Below, in pieces: positions 54,729 through 64,000 of a stretch of 64,000 nucleotides of DNA. Position 1 is the stretch's first letter; each line of letters begins with the position of its first letter. The notes beneath the pieces are model-generated. The model saw nothing but the letters and a program-made list of their open reading frames with translations. It had not been told where the DNA came from and ran no database searches. The position numbers and the translations under genes were made by a program. The DNA is from an uncultured Candidatus Saccharibacteria bacterium (GTDB taxonomy: Bacteria; Patescibacteriota; Saccharimonadia; Saccharimonadales; CAYOYH01), in assembly GCA_964579475.1 (NCBI GenBank), contig CAZOFP010000003.1:109-64108 (forward strand), read 5' to 3'.

Positions 54729-57700
54729 CTACTTCTTTTCATCCTCTTCCTCTTCCCTGAAGACTCGGTATAGGTAATAGACCAGACCAGTGCCTGCAAC
54801 AATGACTACCCACCAGTACCAGCAGAGACCGAGGATGTCGAAGCAACCATCATTCTCGCTGTCGCCTTGGGTTATGGCATTATCGCTATCCCCTGCTACA
54901 ATCCCGTTACTACCTGAGGCGTTATCTGTTGCTCCTTCAACTTCTCCAGTTGGTGGTAGTGGTGTTCCAGGGTTCACAGTCCCGCCGCCCTCATCATCTG
55001 GTGGTGGTGTAACCCAAGTGAAGGTGAATTCATCGAAGTCTGAGTTACCAGCGTTGTCTGTGGCGGTTAGTCGTACTACATATATACCATCTGTGGTGGC
55101 ACTAAATGTTGGGGTTAGAGTGTCTTCTCCCGTTGCCAGAACTTCGCCTGGGCCAGAGGTTTGGCTCCAAACTGTCATATAGATACCGCTGTTGCTGTCC
55201 GAAGCGGTTCCAGTCTGCGCAAACGGTGCTGACTGGTTTCCCCTGTCGGGCCCAGCATTTACCGTGGTTGGTACGGTTACGTCGTAAGTTACGTTCAAGG
55301 CATAGACGCTCGATTCTTCGTTACCAGCCATGTCTACACCAGCAGCTTTGATGTCGTAAATACCTTCGGTTGGCGGTGTCCAGTCAGTTGTCCAGGCAAA
55401 TGGTGAATCATCTGCTGGGTTGTCTATCGGTGAGACACTAGCTATAACATATGGATCCGACGTGCCTGCGGTGCGGTAATAGATATTTACGAAGTCGACA
55501 CCATTAAGGTCGGCAGTCTCACCAGTGATTGTAATCGGTGTTCCCCAGAAGCTGGTGTCTACAGGTGAAGTAAGTTCCGAGGAAACTGGTGCAGTATTGT
55601 CAACTGTGACTGTCGCCCATTCGACTGAGCCACCATCTTTATTGTCGGCAGCGTCGCGTGCTTCAAGTTTGACGGTATATTCACCGTCGGGGGTAGCAGT
55701 AGTATCCCATGCTAGCAAAACAGAGATGTTCGCATCGGTGTCGTTTACCACACTTGGCCCTGCAACAGTAGTGTTTGAAGAATTTTGAACGACCAGCCAA
55801 TAGTGGTGATTATTCAAATCAGTTACAGTTCCTTCTATATTGACGGTACCACTGACGGTATTGCCGCCGATAGGGGCTGTTAAATCGACATCAGGCGCTT
55901 CCCTGTCCAATGTTACAAAGCACCAGTCCGAATACTCCCCTGTGTTGCCGGCTTTATCCACTGCTTGTACTTGGTATTTGTATTCCCCATCTAAATCGGA
56001 AATCTGGCCAGGTCTTTCGGAAGGCACGAGTGTGGTATCCCAGCCGCTTTTTGTCATATATCTATAGAAGTCAAAGTTGGGGTCAGCATTGTCGTTCCAA
56101 TCTACAGTTATCCAGCGATTATTAGTGAATCCAGAGCAACCAAGATTGTCGCCAGATGTATCGTTACCCTTGTAGATAGTCATTCCCAAGACTTGTTCGG
56201 GGGCGGTGTTGTCGATTATTATCATTGTCTCGGTTGTGCGTGCCCAGTTACCAGCCACGTCCTTACCGGCGGCCTTGAAATAGTAAGTTCCGTCAGTCAT
56301 TAAGTAGGGGTCGTCTGGTGCCCAACGCTCAGCATTGAGTGAATCTAGAGTCCAAGTAAAGCTAGTCCCGTTGTCGCGTACGTAGTGGTAGTTTCGCTCT
56401 GGTGAACTATTTGAATAACCTTCTCCGTCGGCTCGCCACCAGAAGTTTACATAGTCACACTCTTCGTCGCAGGTAGCTTCTAAATCAATCTCACCGGAGA
56501 GAACAGCGCCGTCAGTTGGTAGGTCGAGCGTTATGTTTGGTGCGGTATTGTCGATAGTCACGTCTTCTGTGTCAGCGCTTGTTTTTGAACCAGGATAGCC
56601 AGTTCCTGTTAGGTCGTTGGCTCGGGCAACAATACGGTAGTTGCCATCTGTTAGTTGTGGGTAGGTTGATGTGTCGAGCGTCAGAGACCAGATTCCGGTA
56701 CCTGCTTCGTCGAATGAATCGGGGTTAACGGTCAAAACAGGGTTTGTTACCGAGCCGTCGTCATTAATTTGGCGGAAGCTGATTCGAAGCGGCATCAAGC
56801 CGAAGTTGTCGCTGGCAGTACCTTCGATGGTTACTTCTCCAGAGATTGGATCTTCGCTTACCGATGTTATCGCGATTTCAGGTGCGGTGTTGTCGACGAT
56901 GAAATGCAGACCTAGTACATCGCGGAACTGATAGATGCTCGGGATATCCCTTCTAACAGCTTCGTCATAAACCTGGTGAGTCATGTAGTACTCACCATCT
57001 TCCAGTGTGTTGGTACAGAGACTAAAGTCAACGGGTGGCGTGATGGTAAATGCGTTTGTTCCGTCGTAGTTGACTAGATTTGGTGCACTTCTCCAACTGC
57101 AGTATGAGAGTTTGCCATTGTTGGCAAAAGCGAATGACCCGTCATCCTGCGCTTGGAAGATTACGAACGAATCGTAGAGCAAGCCGGCGGATGGGTCTGG
57201 GTCGGTTACTTCACCAGAGAACGATAGTTCAGTGACACTTTGTACGTAGGCGATTTCTTCGGTAATCTCTACCCCGTTCTTATACTGAGTATAGACGGCG
57301 CTTGGTGCAACTGTGTCAATGAAGACGTCTTGGGTTGTTGAGGTGGTATTACCTGCTGTATCTGTAGCGGTGGCAGTGATGGTGTGTGTGCCATCGGGCA
57401 ATACGTCCGTCACATCTACCTTCCAATCGTTCCCAGTAACTGTTGCAGTGTAGTCATTTCCATTGACGTTGACACTTACAGATGCAACTTCAATGTCGTC
57501 AGAAACAGTTCCAACTAGTGTTGGGGTGTTGTCGTTAACTTTCCAGTCGGTGGTGTAGTAGGTTCCGGACGATACAATAAGCTCTATGGAATCTATGGTG
57601 ACGTCTGGTGCGGTATCGTCGTAGATAACTTGGCAACTTCCAGCCAATGTTTCACTCGTTAATGACCACTCAGACATATTTCCTGCAGAGTCTACGGTGC

Positions 57701-59837
57701 GCACGGAGTAACCGTACGCGCCTTCTGTTGGGGGCATCCAATTATTTGGTAACGTTGGATTGGTCAACACCTTTCTTACGAGCCCAGTGCTTCCATCAGG
57801 CCAAAAAGAGGTGTATTCATAGTAGTCAAAGTCGCTGTCACTACTAGCATTCCATATAGGCACCACTGGCTGCCGTTGTAAAAACACTCCACATTGGAAA
57901 GTCTGACTACCATCTACGCTCGTGAAGCGTAGGTCAGCGGGTTGAGCGGGGGGTACTGTGTCAATTACAACTTTCTCTAATCCGCTCCAATCACTTTGAT
58001 TACCGGCTGTGTCCTGCGACATTACTTGCCAAAAGTAGGTACCGTCATTAGTTGGGCCAGCTTGGTATTCTGAAGCACTGCGCCACACGCCAGTTGTATT
58101 AGGGTAAAGGTTAGAACAGCTATTAGGGACATCGCCTTCGTCTGTGCAGTTGAAATAAACGCGGTAAAAGTATCCTGCAATGCCATTGTCATCGGTCGAA
58201 TCATCCCACTGCATGAGCGGAGTGTTGTCGTTGGTTAATTCTCCGCCGATAGGCCATGTTAGTACTGGCACAGAAGGTGTTGTGTTGTCGTAGGTAAAGA
58301 GCTGAGTTATTCCATTGTTATAATTGCCGACGTTGTCAGTTGCTCTTACCCAAGTTGAGTGGCCCCCAACATCTTCTGTCATTGGCGCATGAGTATTGAT
58401 GTATTTGCCGTCGGCAGGCACTTGGAAATCAAATTCATAAGTGTTACCAGTGACAGGAGCACTTATCCAGTCGCGTGCTGTTACATAATCTCCACCACTG
58501 ACATTTTGGATGCGGAATTCAACATCTTTCATGCCCGAGCTAGTATCTGTTGAATCAACTTCAATCCGCACCATATCGTTGTTCTTTACGAAAGCCGAAG
58601 GGACATAAATCCCCGAGCCGTCCTTAACAAACATTTTGAGATTGCTCATTTGGGGGGCGGTATTGTCGTAGGTAAAATTCATTGAGACACCGTTATTGTA
58701 ATTTCCGGCGTTATCGGTAGCTCTAGCCCAGACAGTGTGTCCGCTCGGGTCTTCGTTCATCAGTGCGTGGGTGTTAACATACTTGCCGTCGGTAGGCACT
58801 TGGAACTCGAAACGGTAGGTGTCGCCATTAAAGGGGGCACTTATCCAATCACGAGAAGTCACATAGTCGCCAGCTAAAGCTTGAATCCTAAATTCAACAT
58901 CCTTCATGCCGGAGTTCGCGTCGGTAGCGTCTACTTCTATTCTAACCATGTCACCTCTTCTCACGAACGACGCTGGATTGTAATTTCCAGAGCTATCCTT
59001 AACAAACATTTTCAGATTACTCATCTGTGGTGCGGTAGTATCTACAGTACCTAGGTAGTACATTCTATCATTGGCGGGAGTACCGGGTGGGTCAATAAAA
59101 ATATATTGTGAAGAAGAATCATTGAATGTCACATTCTTGGTAATGTCGTCTAAATATATCTGGTTTAGCTCAGTATGTGAGCTGGTTCCGGTAATTGTTA
59201 GTACTGCTGGATTAGTGACTCCACCACCTTGGTCAACGTTCATACTACCCCAACCGTTTCCTGAGGTCGAGGCGTTATTTACTGTGACCGAAGAGCCGTT
59301 TACGACGACAGCATATCTGTCGTTACTGTTTATGGATACGTTGTTTATATATAAATTATCAACAAGATAAGCATTTATTCCATGCAGATTGGTGCCGCTC
59401 GCACCATCGATTGCCATATTATAGATTTGTACATTATTTGCTGATACACCAAATACAGAGTTATTAGAGTTTGTAGTTTTTGCAAATGTTGGCGTAACTG
59501 TTTTGCCATTCCCGTTTAGTTTCACCTCTTTATTCACATTAACCTGAGAAGTAGTTGGTATGTTGTCGTCTAATCGCAATGTGTCACCAGTTGAAGTTCC
59601 ACCATCGGCAATTGCTGCTTGGATAGACGGAAAGTATGCTTCGGGGGTTGTTGATGTACGAGTTACTACTGTACCGATAGGTGGGCCACCGGGTGGTAGA
59701 CCACCGCCACCCGGAGGACCACTGGGTGGAATTGCAATCACCGCCGAAGCAGTCCCGATATTTAGCCCGACTATTGCAAGCACCACTAATAATGTTTGAA
59801 GCTTTCTTCCGAGCTTCTTAAGAATTCTCGTGTACAT
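54729..59837 (-). CDS. giant surface protein (1702 aa): N-terminal anchor, beta-helix, many Ig-like repeats, C-terminal TM
   Basis: Signal/TM, PPSGPPGGGGLPPGGPP linker, PbH1-like NNVxI repeats, at least 10 domains delimited by D(N/T)TAP/DTVPP motifs, LPPTG at 54945-54959, C-terminal WYWWVVIVAGTGLVYYLY. Confidence 0.85.
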   Translation of the reverse strand: MYTRILKKLGRKLQTLLVVLAIVGLNIGTASAVIAIPPSGPPGGGGLPPGGPPIGTVVTRTSTTPEAYFPSIQAAIADGGTSTGDTLRLDDNIPTTSQVNVNKEVKLNGNGKTVTPTFAKTTNSNNSVFGVSANNVQIYNMAIDGASGTNLHGINAYLVDNLYINNVSINSNDRYAVVVNGSSVTVNNASTSGNGWGSMNVDQGGGVTNPAVLTITGTSSHTELNQIYLDDITKNVTFNDSSSQYIFIDPPGTPANDRMYYLGTVDTTAPQMSNLKMFVKDSSGNYNPASFVRRGDMVRIEVDATDANSGMKDVEFRIQALAGDYVTSRDWISAPFNGDTYRFEFQVPTDGKYVNTHALMNEDPSGHTVWARATDNAGNYNNGVSMNFTYDNTAPQMSNLKMFVKDGSGIYVPSAFVKNNDMVRIEVDSTDTSSGMKDVEFRIQNVSGGDYVTARDWISAPVTGNTYEFDFQVPADGKYINTHAPMTEDVGGHSTWVRATDNVGNYNNGITQLFTYDNTTPSVPVLTWPIGGELTNDNTPLMQWDDSTDDNGIAGYFYRVYFNCTDEGDVPNSCSNLYPNTTGVWRSASEYQAGPTNDGTYFWQVMSQDTAGNQSDWSGLEKVVIDTVPPAQPADLRFTSVDGSQTFQCGVFLQRQPVVPIWNASSDSDFDYYEYTSFWPDGSTGLVRKVLTNPTLPNNWMPPTEGAYGYSVRTVDSAGNMSEWSLTSETLAGSCQVIYDDTAPDVTIDSIELIVSSGTYYTTDWKVNDNTPTLVGTVSDDIEVASVSVNVNGNDYTATVTGNDWKVDVTDVLPDGTHTITATATDTAGNTTSTTQDVFIDTVAPSAVYTQYKNGVEITEEIAYVQSVTELSFSGEVTDPDPSAGLLYDSFVIFQAQDDGSFAFANNGKLSYCSWRSAPNLVNYDGTNAFTITPPVDFSLCTNTLEDGEYYMTHQVYDEAVRRDIPSIYQFRDVLGLHFIVDNTAPEIAITSVSEDPISGEVTIEGTASDNFGLMPLRISFRQINDDGSVTNPVLTVNPDSFDEAGTGIWSLTLDTSTYPQLTDGNYRIVARANDLTGTGYPGSKTSADTEDVTIDNTAPNITLDLPTDGAVLSGEIDLEATCDEECDYVNFWWRADGEGYSNSSPERNYHYVRDNGTSFTWTLDSLNAERWAPDDPYLMTDGTYYFKAAGKDVAGNWARTTETMIIIDNTAPEQVLGMTIYKGNDTSGDNLGCSGFTNNRWITVDWNDNADPNFDFYRYMTKSGWDTTLVPSERPGQISDLDGEYKYQVQAVDKAGNTGEYSDWCFVTLDREAPDVDLTAPIGGNTVSGTVNIEGTVTDLNNHHYWLVVQNSSNTTVAGPSVVNDTDANISVLLAWDTTATPDGEYTVKLEARDAADNKDGGSVEWATVTVDNTAPVSSELTSPVDTSFWGTPITITGETADLNGVDFVNIYYRTAGTSDPYVIASVSPIDNPADDSPFAWTTDWTPPTEGIYDIKAAGVDMAGNEESSVYALNVTYDVTVPTTVNAGPDRGNQSAPFAQTGTASDSNSGIYMTVWSQTSGPGEVLATGEDTLTPTFSATTDGIYVVRLTATDNAGNSDFDEFTFTWVTPPPDDEGGGTVNPGTPLPPTGEVEGATDNASGSNGIVAGDSDNAITQGDSENDGCFDILGLCWYWWVVIVAGTGLVYYLYRVFREEEEDEKK

Positions 59838-59951
59838 GACACCTCCTACTAATTAGTTTGGCCACCCAAGTTTTTGTCAAACTTTTAATTTCACGAGCTT
59901 TTGTTGGTTAAATATATAGTACCACATTAGCTAGAAGGTCAACTATTGGGC

Positions 59952-61025
59952 CTAAAGATTGTCAGTGTCGTACTGGGCGAGGGATGTATTTAGCTGGTTA
60001 TTAACCCGGACAAATGTTGCGCGACGGGAGAACTCCTTGAGTTTGCGCGCGCCAATGTAGGTGCCAGTGCTTCTGAGCGAACCTAAATAATCTTGAAGGG
60101 CATCGTGAATGGAGCCTTTGTGTGGCATAAGGGTATGGCGACCTTCGGACGCACGGTGTGATTCCTTTTTGCCGTAGTGAACTTCTAGGGCCTTGTTGGA
60201 CGACGACCCGTAATACTCCTTATATTTTTTACCGTTTTTGGTCACAGTCTTGCCGGCGCTTTCTTCAAACCCGCTGAACAACTGCCCACTCATTACAAAA
60301 TCGGCTCCGCCACAGTATGCCTTTGCGACGTCACCTGGATAAATTAGCCCACCGTCGCCGATAATCAGTCCAACACCTTGGTCGTTAGCGATACCGTGAG
60401 CGGCGTCGGCGCACTCGATGATTGCGCTAAGCTGAGGCATGCCAACACCAGTCATTCTGCGCGTTGTACAGGCTGAACCAGGGCCGATACCAACTTTCAC
60501 TATATCTGCCCCCGCTAGAATCAGCTCCTCAGTCATTTCTCTAGAGACAACATTGCCAGCGACGATTATGTGGTTTGGGCAGAGTTTGCGAATTTTTGTA
60601 ACGGCTTTAGCGAATCGGTCGACGTAACCGTTTGGCACATCGACAGTTATGAAAGAAAAGTTGTCGATGAGCTTGGCTTTTATCATTTCTTTGAGCTGTG
60701 CTTCGTCGCCATCGCGGATACCCAGGGTATAGGAAACGTAGTCAGGATTGTCGAACGTCTTAAAGAATTTCTTGTAATCAGCTGGTTTGTAGTATTTATG
60801 TAGCACGGTAATCATTCTGTATTCACTGAGGATGTGCGCCGTTTCAAAAGTGCCACAACTGGCCATATTGGCTGTCATCATTGGTATTCCCTGCCATTTC
60901 TTTGGGCTGTGGTAGAACTTGAACTTACGTTCTAGCTTCACTTCTCTGCGGCTGTTCATCGTGCTGCGCTTTGGGCGCAGAAGAACATCGCCAAAGTCTA
61001 GCTTAGTGCTGGCTTCGATATGCAT
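59952..61025 (-). CDS. guaC: GMP reductase
   Basis: [15 protein letters not shown]...ERKF.F, catalytic [11 protein letters not shown], ~350 aa without CBS domains. Confidence 0.85.
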   Translation of the reverse strand: MHIEASTKLDFGDVLLRPKRSTMNSRREVKLERKFKFYHSPKKWQGIPMMTANMASCGTFETAHILSEYRMITVLHKYYKPADYKKFFKTFDNPDYVSYTLGIRDGDEAQLKEMIKAKLIDNFSFITVDVPNGYVDRFAKAVTKIRKLCPNHIIVAGNVVSREMTEELILAGADIVKVGIGPGSACTTRRMTGVGMPQLSAIIECADAAHGIANDQGVGLIIGDGGLIYPGDVAKAYCGGADFVMSGQLFSGFEESAGKTVTKNGKKYKEYYGSSSNKALEVHYGKKESHRASEGRHTLMPHKGSIHDALQDYLGSLRSTGTYIGARKLKEFSRRATFVRVNNQLNTSLAQYDTDNL

Positions 61026-61061
61026 TGATTGAACTCCCTATTACGTGAAGATTATAACAGA

Positions 61062-61259
61062 CTACTCGTCGTCTCGTTCAGTGGCTAGATGATATAAGTT
61101 ACATTTGTCACAGAGGTAGGCCTTAAGGTCCTGGTTGTCATGTTCCCAGTCGGCCTGGATCCGTGCGGCGTTGGCTTCTTTTTTAGACATGAAGGCTAGT
61201 TTATCCTTGCATGGATTGTCGTTAATGCTAAAGCCGGTGTTGGTTACTTGGTATCCCAC
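61062..61259 (-). CDS. hypothetical small Cys-containing protein
   Basis: ORF track, C..CDKC pattern. Confidence 0.35.
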   Translation of the reverse strand: MGYQVTNTGFSINDNPCKDKLAFMSKKEANAARIQADWEHDNQDLKAYLCDKCNLYHLATERDDE

Positions 61260-61335
61260 ACTAGAAGCATACTATATTTTAATCATTGGCGAGGCCTGAA
61301 TTTATCATCCCATAAGGCACGGTAAGTAATTTCCA

Positions 61336-61887
61336 CTATTCAAGCTCTCTGGACATACCTGCTTGTTCAGCGTCAAAGGCGTCATCGAATTTACCAAGAT
61401 CAATCAAAAATTCCAGCTTGAGAAGCCTATCGCCAGTGATGACGCCGTTCCATTTGTCGATTGTAATTCGCTTTCCATTTGCAAATTCCTTCGTGTAGCT
61501 CCTCGAGTATTCTGTGGCTAAACCAATTTTACCTTCTTCGTCATGGGAGATTATGAACCAGTAATACTCCTTTTCCATAAACGTCCTCGGACCTTCATTG
61601 CCAAAGCTACTATTATTTTCTACATCACTTTGGATATGTATCATAATCGTCGCGCCAGTGTCTTCGGGTATGGCAAATAACTCAAACTGATGTGAGCTGC
61701 CGTGCTCAACTTCTTGTCTGCCAAGAACATAATCTAGCTCCCTCTCAACATCAATCTTATCGAAGTTTGCAACTAATTCTTTCAATGAGCCGGGTGCGAT
61801 GTATGGAATTCTGTCCACCAGTTCCCAAAGTACGCCAATAAGCGCCTCATTATCGGCCTCAACCTCGTGCCTGTTTACACTTTCCAT
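61336..61887 (-). CDS. hypothetical protein (183 aa)
   Basis: ORF track only. Confidence 0.45.
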   Translation of the reverse strand: MESVNRHEVEADNEALIGVLWELVDRIPYIAPGSLKELVANFDKIDVERELDYVLGRQEVEHGSSHQFELFAIPEDTGATIMIHIQSDVENNSSFGNEGPRTFMEKEYYWFIISHDEEGKIGLATEYSRSYTKEFANGKRITIDKWNGVITGDRLLKLEFLIDLGKFDDAFDAEQAGMSRELE

Positions 61888-61931
61888 TGGCTAATAGTTT
61901 GCACTAGGAAGCGATACTAGCCAAGCACAAG

Positions 61932-62204
61932 CTATTTAACACGTGAACGAATTGATTTGATTTTTTGCTTCGAGCTTTTGTTAACAGCCTCGATGATTTG
62001 GATTTGGGTGAAGCGCAGTTCACTAGCGACCTCCGAACTCCGGAGCTTAGTTAGTAAAACCCCATTAGGAGTTATTTTGTCTACTACTACTCTGCCGTCA
62101 AAATGTCTGTCCAGCTCTGCTTGCGCGAGCTCCAAATCGGTTTTTTTAGCCTCTAGGTCGATGTCGTCAGCTTTTTTTTGCAGTATGTCTTGTAGTGAAT
62201 CCAT
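61932..62204 (-). CDS. DUF721/DciA-like small protein (tentative)
   Basis: Size and C-terminal pattern VLLTKLRSSEVASELRFTQIQIIEAVN resemble DUF721. Confidence 0.4.
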   Translation of the reverse strand: MDSLQDILQKKADDIDLEAKKTDLELAQAELDRHFDGRVVVDKITPNGVLLTKLRSSEVASELRFTQIQIIEAVNKSSKQKIKSIRSRVK

Positions 62205-62265
62205 TAGATAGTAAGGTTCCCTTCTTTTGGTGTCATTATACGCTCTAGTTCGTTAGAATTCATAC

Positions 62266-63132
62266 ATGGACAAAAGACAGATGAATGTTTTTGATGAGTT
62301 TAAATCACTAGTAGTTACCACGTATAGCAACTGGCGCAACGATCGCACTCTACGACTTGGCGCTGGACTTGCCTACTACGTAGTTTTTTCTCTAGTTCCG
62401 ATGGTGGCGATTTCTGTAGTTGTGGCTAGTTTACTTTTTCCAGCCGACGAAGTAATCAAGTTTCTCCAAGAGCAACTCTTGGTACTGTTTGGTGCTGATT
62501 CGGTTCAGGTGGCAGATATCATTGGTGGCGCGCTGAAAACAGAAACAGTAACTGATGGATTTGTAAGCTTGGGACTGTTTGGTCTCGGGGCGTTGGTAGT
62601 TACGGCTTCGTTTGCGATGATAGCTCTTCAGGATTCGGTCAGCATGATTTGGGGTAAGCCAGTCAAAAAAGGCTTGCATAACACCGTGAGGAGGTATGCA
62701 TTTTCGTATGTGACAGTGCTCAGTGTCGCGCTGATGTTAGTGATTGTTCTCACCGTTCAAGCGGTAGTTGAAGGACTAGAGAATTTCCTAAACTTAAACG
62801 GACCAGTAACAGATTTGCTCTCGAACACTTTCACGACTGCTGTATCGTGGGGTTTGCTGGTTTTCTCTTTAGCTTGGCTGATACGGGTCTTAACTACGAA
62901 TAGAGTTGGCTGGCGACATTCCCTACTTGGCTCGGCGATAACAATTTTCTTCATGTACCTTGGGGTGATAGTGATAGGATTTTACATACGCAACTTCAGC
63001 TTGTCGTCCGTGACTTCTGCATTTGGCGCTGTACTACTGGTGCTAGCCTGGGTTTATTATGAGTCACAGATACTTCTGGCGGGTTTTCAGCTGACCAAAG
63101 CATTGTCTGAGGGCAAATACCGCAAGGGTTAG
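62266..63132 (+). CDS. YihY/BrkB-family membrane protein
   Basis: RLGAGLAYYVVFSLVPMV N-terminal motif, 6 TM. Confidence 0.8.
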   Translation: MDKRQMNVFDEFKSLVVTTYSNWRNDRTLRLGAGLAYYVVFSLVPMVAISVVVASLLFPADEVIKFLQEQLLVLFGADSVQVADIIGGALKTETVTDGFVSLGLFGLGALVVTASFAMIALQDSVSMIWGKPVKKGLHNTVRRYAFSYVTVLSVALMLVIVLTVQAVVEGLENFLNLNGPVTDLLSNTFTTAVSWGLLVFSLAWLIRVLTTNRVGWRHSLLGSAITIFFMYLGVIVIGFYIRNFSLSSVTSAFGAVLLVLAWVYYESQILLAGFQLTKALSEGKYRKG

Positions 63133-63166
63133 GAGTCGGGAACTAGTGGTACTTCTTGTTGTTTTT

Positions 63167-63193
63167 TCTAGCTTCTATCATCTAGCTTCTAAC
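63167..63193. repeat. TCTA-heptad motif (family D), copy 3
   Basis: TCTAGCT TCTATCA TCTAGCT TCTAAC, 65 nt upstream of the next start codon. Confidence 0.65.
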
Positions 63194-63258
63194 TTCAAAT
63201 TTTGGATGCTTATGCTAAAATTAGATTAGTAAATATATTTCCAAGGGAGGAAAAGATT

Positions 63259-63747
63259 ATGGATGATATTAGAGCACCCGGATCTGCGCCAAAGCATAGA
63301 CCACCTACGTCAGCGCCAAAACAACCAATACACGAAGATAATGATGCACAAGAGCCAGAAAGGCCTATGCACGAAGAGCCCCTTATGCAGCAGGAAGAGC
63401 CAAAAAGCGGCATGAAGACTTGGCTAGTAGTGCTTCTAGTAGTGCTTGCTCTAGTAATTGGCGCCGGTGGTGTCTATCTGTGGCAGTCATCTAGTTCAAA
63501 CTCGGATGAAACAAAAGCCATGCAAAGCCAGATAGACACTCTTAACCAAGATTTGACTGATGCAAAAAAGGCTGCAGCTGATAATACGCTGGAAGAAAAA
63601 GACAAGACAATCGAAACACTAACAGCTGAGAACAAGGCTTTGATTGACAGCAACGAAGCTCTCAAAACTAGAAACACAGAGTTAACTACGAACTGCGCAA
63701 CTGCAGATCCGCCACTTGACGCTGATTGTCTGCCAGTAACTCCGTAG
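63259..63747 (+). CDS. membrane-anchored coiled-coil protein
   Basis: RBS GGGAGG, MDDIRAPGS..., TM LVVLLVVLALVIGAGGVYLW, then a heptad-like charged region. Confidence 0.55.
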   Translation: MDDIRAPGSAPKHRPPTSAPKQPIHEDNDAQEPERPMHEEPLMQQEEPKSGMKTWLVVLLVVLALVIGAGGVYLWQSSSSNSDETKAMQSQIDTLNQDLTDAKKAAADNTLEEKDKTIETLTAENKALIDSNEALKTRNTELTTNCATADPPLDADCLPVTP

Positions 63748-63911
63748 TTATTCCATCATAGGCGTTATTTAGTCTGTCTGTTTGTCTGAAACTGTCACGA
63801 GGCGTCACCACTGGAGGCCAGCAGAAGCCCTGCGATATCACGTCAGTTCCTGGGTTACTCTGTGTACGTTTGGTCTATACTTAAATACTAGAAAATTATC
63901 AAGGAGGAACG

Positions 63912-64000
63912 ATGTCGTACATAACCAATATTGAAGAAGCTACACTAAAGAACGAAAATTTCAGAAAGGTGCTTTACACCGCCCCGCATTCACAGCTGGT
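63912..64000 (+). CDS. cupin-like protein, 5' fragment (runs off window)
   Basis: RBS AAGGAGG, then ATG at 63912. MSYITNIEEATLKNENFRKVLYTAPHSQLV is a typical cupin N-terminus. Confidence 0.5.
   Translation, partial: MSYITNIEEATLKNENFRKVLYTAPHSQL

Noticed and set aside
54945-54959. LPPTG as a canonical sortase sorting signal
   Set aside because: The spacer to the hydrophobic segment is about 40 aa and the tail is acidic rather than basic. It is reported as atypical, not as an established cell-wall sorting signal.

Overview
This window looks like a chromosomal segment from a small-genome, host-dependent bacterium. The gene content is an F-type ATP synthase operon, a sortase plus a 1702-aa beta-helix/Ig-repeat surface protein, a secreted nuclease, many small membrane proteins, receiver-only response regulators with Pro/Thr tails, and almost no biosynthesis. 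That mix resembles Patescibacteria/CPR (Saccharibacteria-like), but this is inference from content only. The genetic code is standard: TGA, TAA and TAG all terminate recognisable genes. I support about 60 CDS and 2 tRNAs, with no rRNA and no CRISPR array.

The housekeeping backbone is dprA, rarA, pth, der, maf, gltX, xth, pyrH, clpB, hsp20, atpBEFHAGDC, guaC, a UvrD-type helicase-nuclease and two HK/RR pairs.

Non-backbone content, most interesting first:
1. A roughly 1.8-kb segment lies between pth and der. It has two orphan ORFs, a complete type III hammerhead ribozyme motif (6080-6128), and directly 3' of it about 650 nt of ORF-poor, hairpin-dense sequence with UUCG/GCAA-capped helices. This is a candidate ribozyme-processed large structured RNA.
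2. An AT-rich islet with an orphan zeta-toxin kinase abuts tRNA-Glu, which has a duplicated 5' half and rearranged anticodon-loop copies.
3. tRNA-Leu is followed by a decayed tRNA-like copy.
4. At least four families of short intergenic repeats occur, some of which supply stop codons to neighbouring genes.
5. An extra translationally coupled ORF sits between atpG and atpD, and an unknown 368-aa gene is appended to the operon.
6. A 600-bp unit is bracketed by a perfect 14-bp inverted repeat.

All calls come from reading the sequence and the supplied ORF track. No database search was run.
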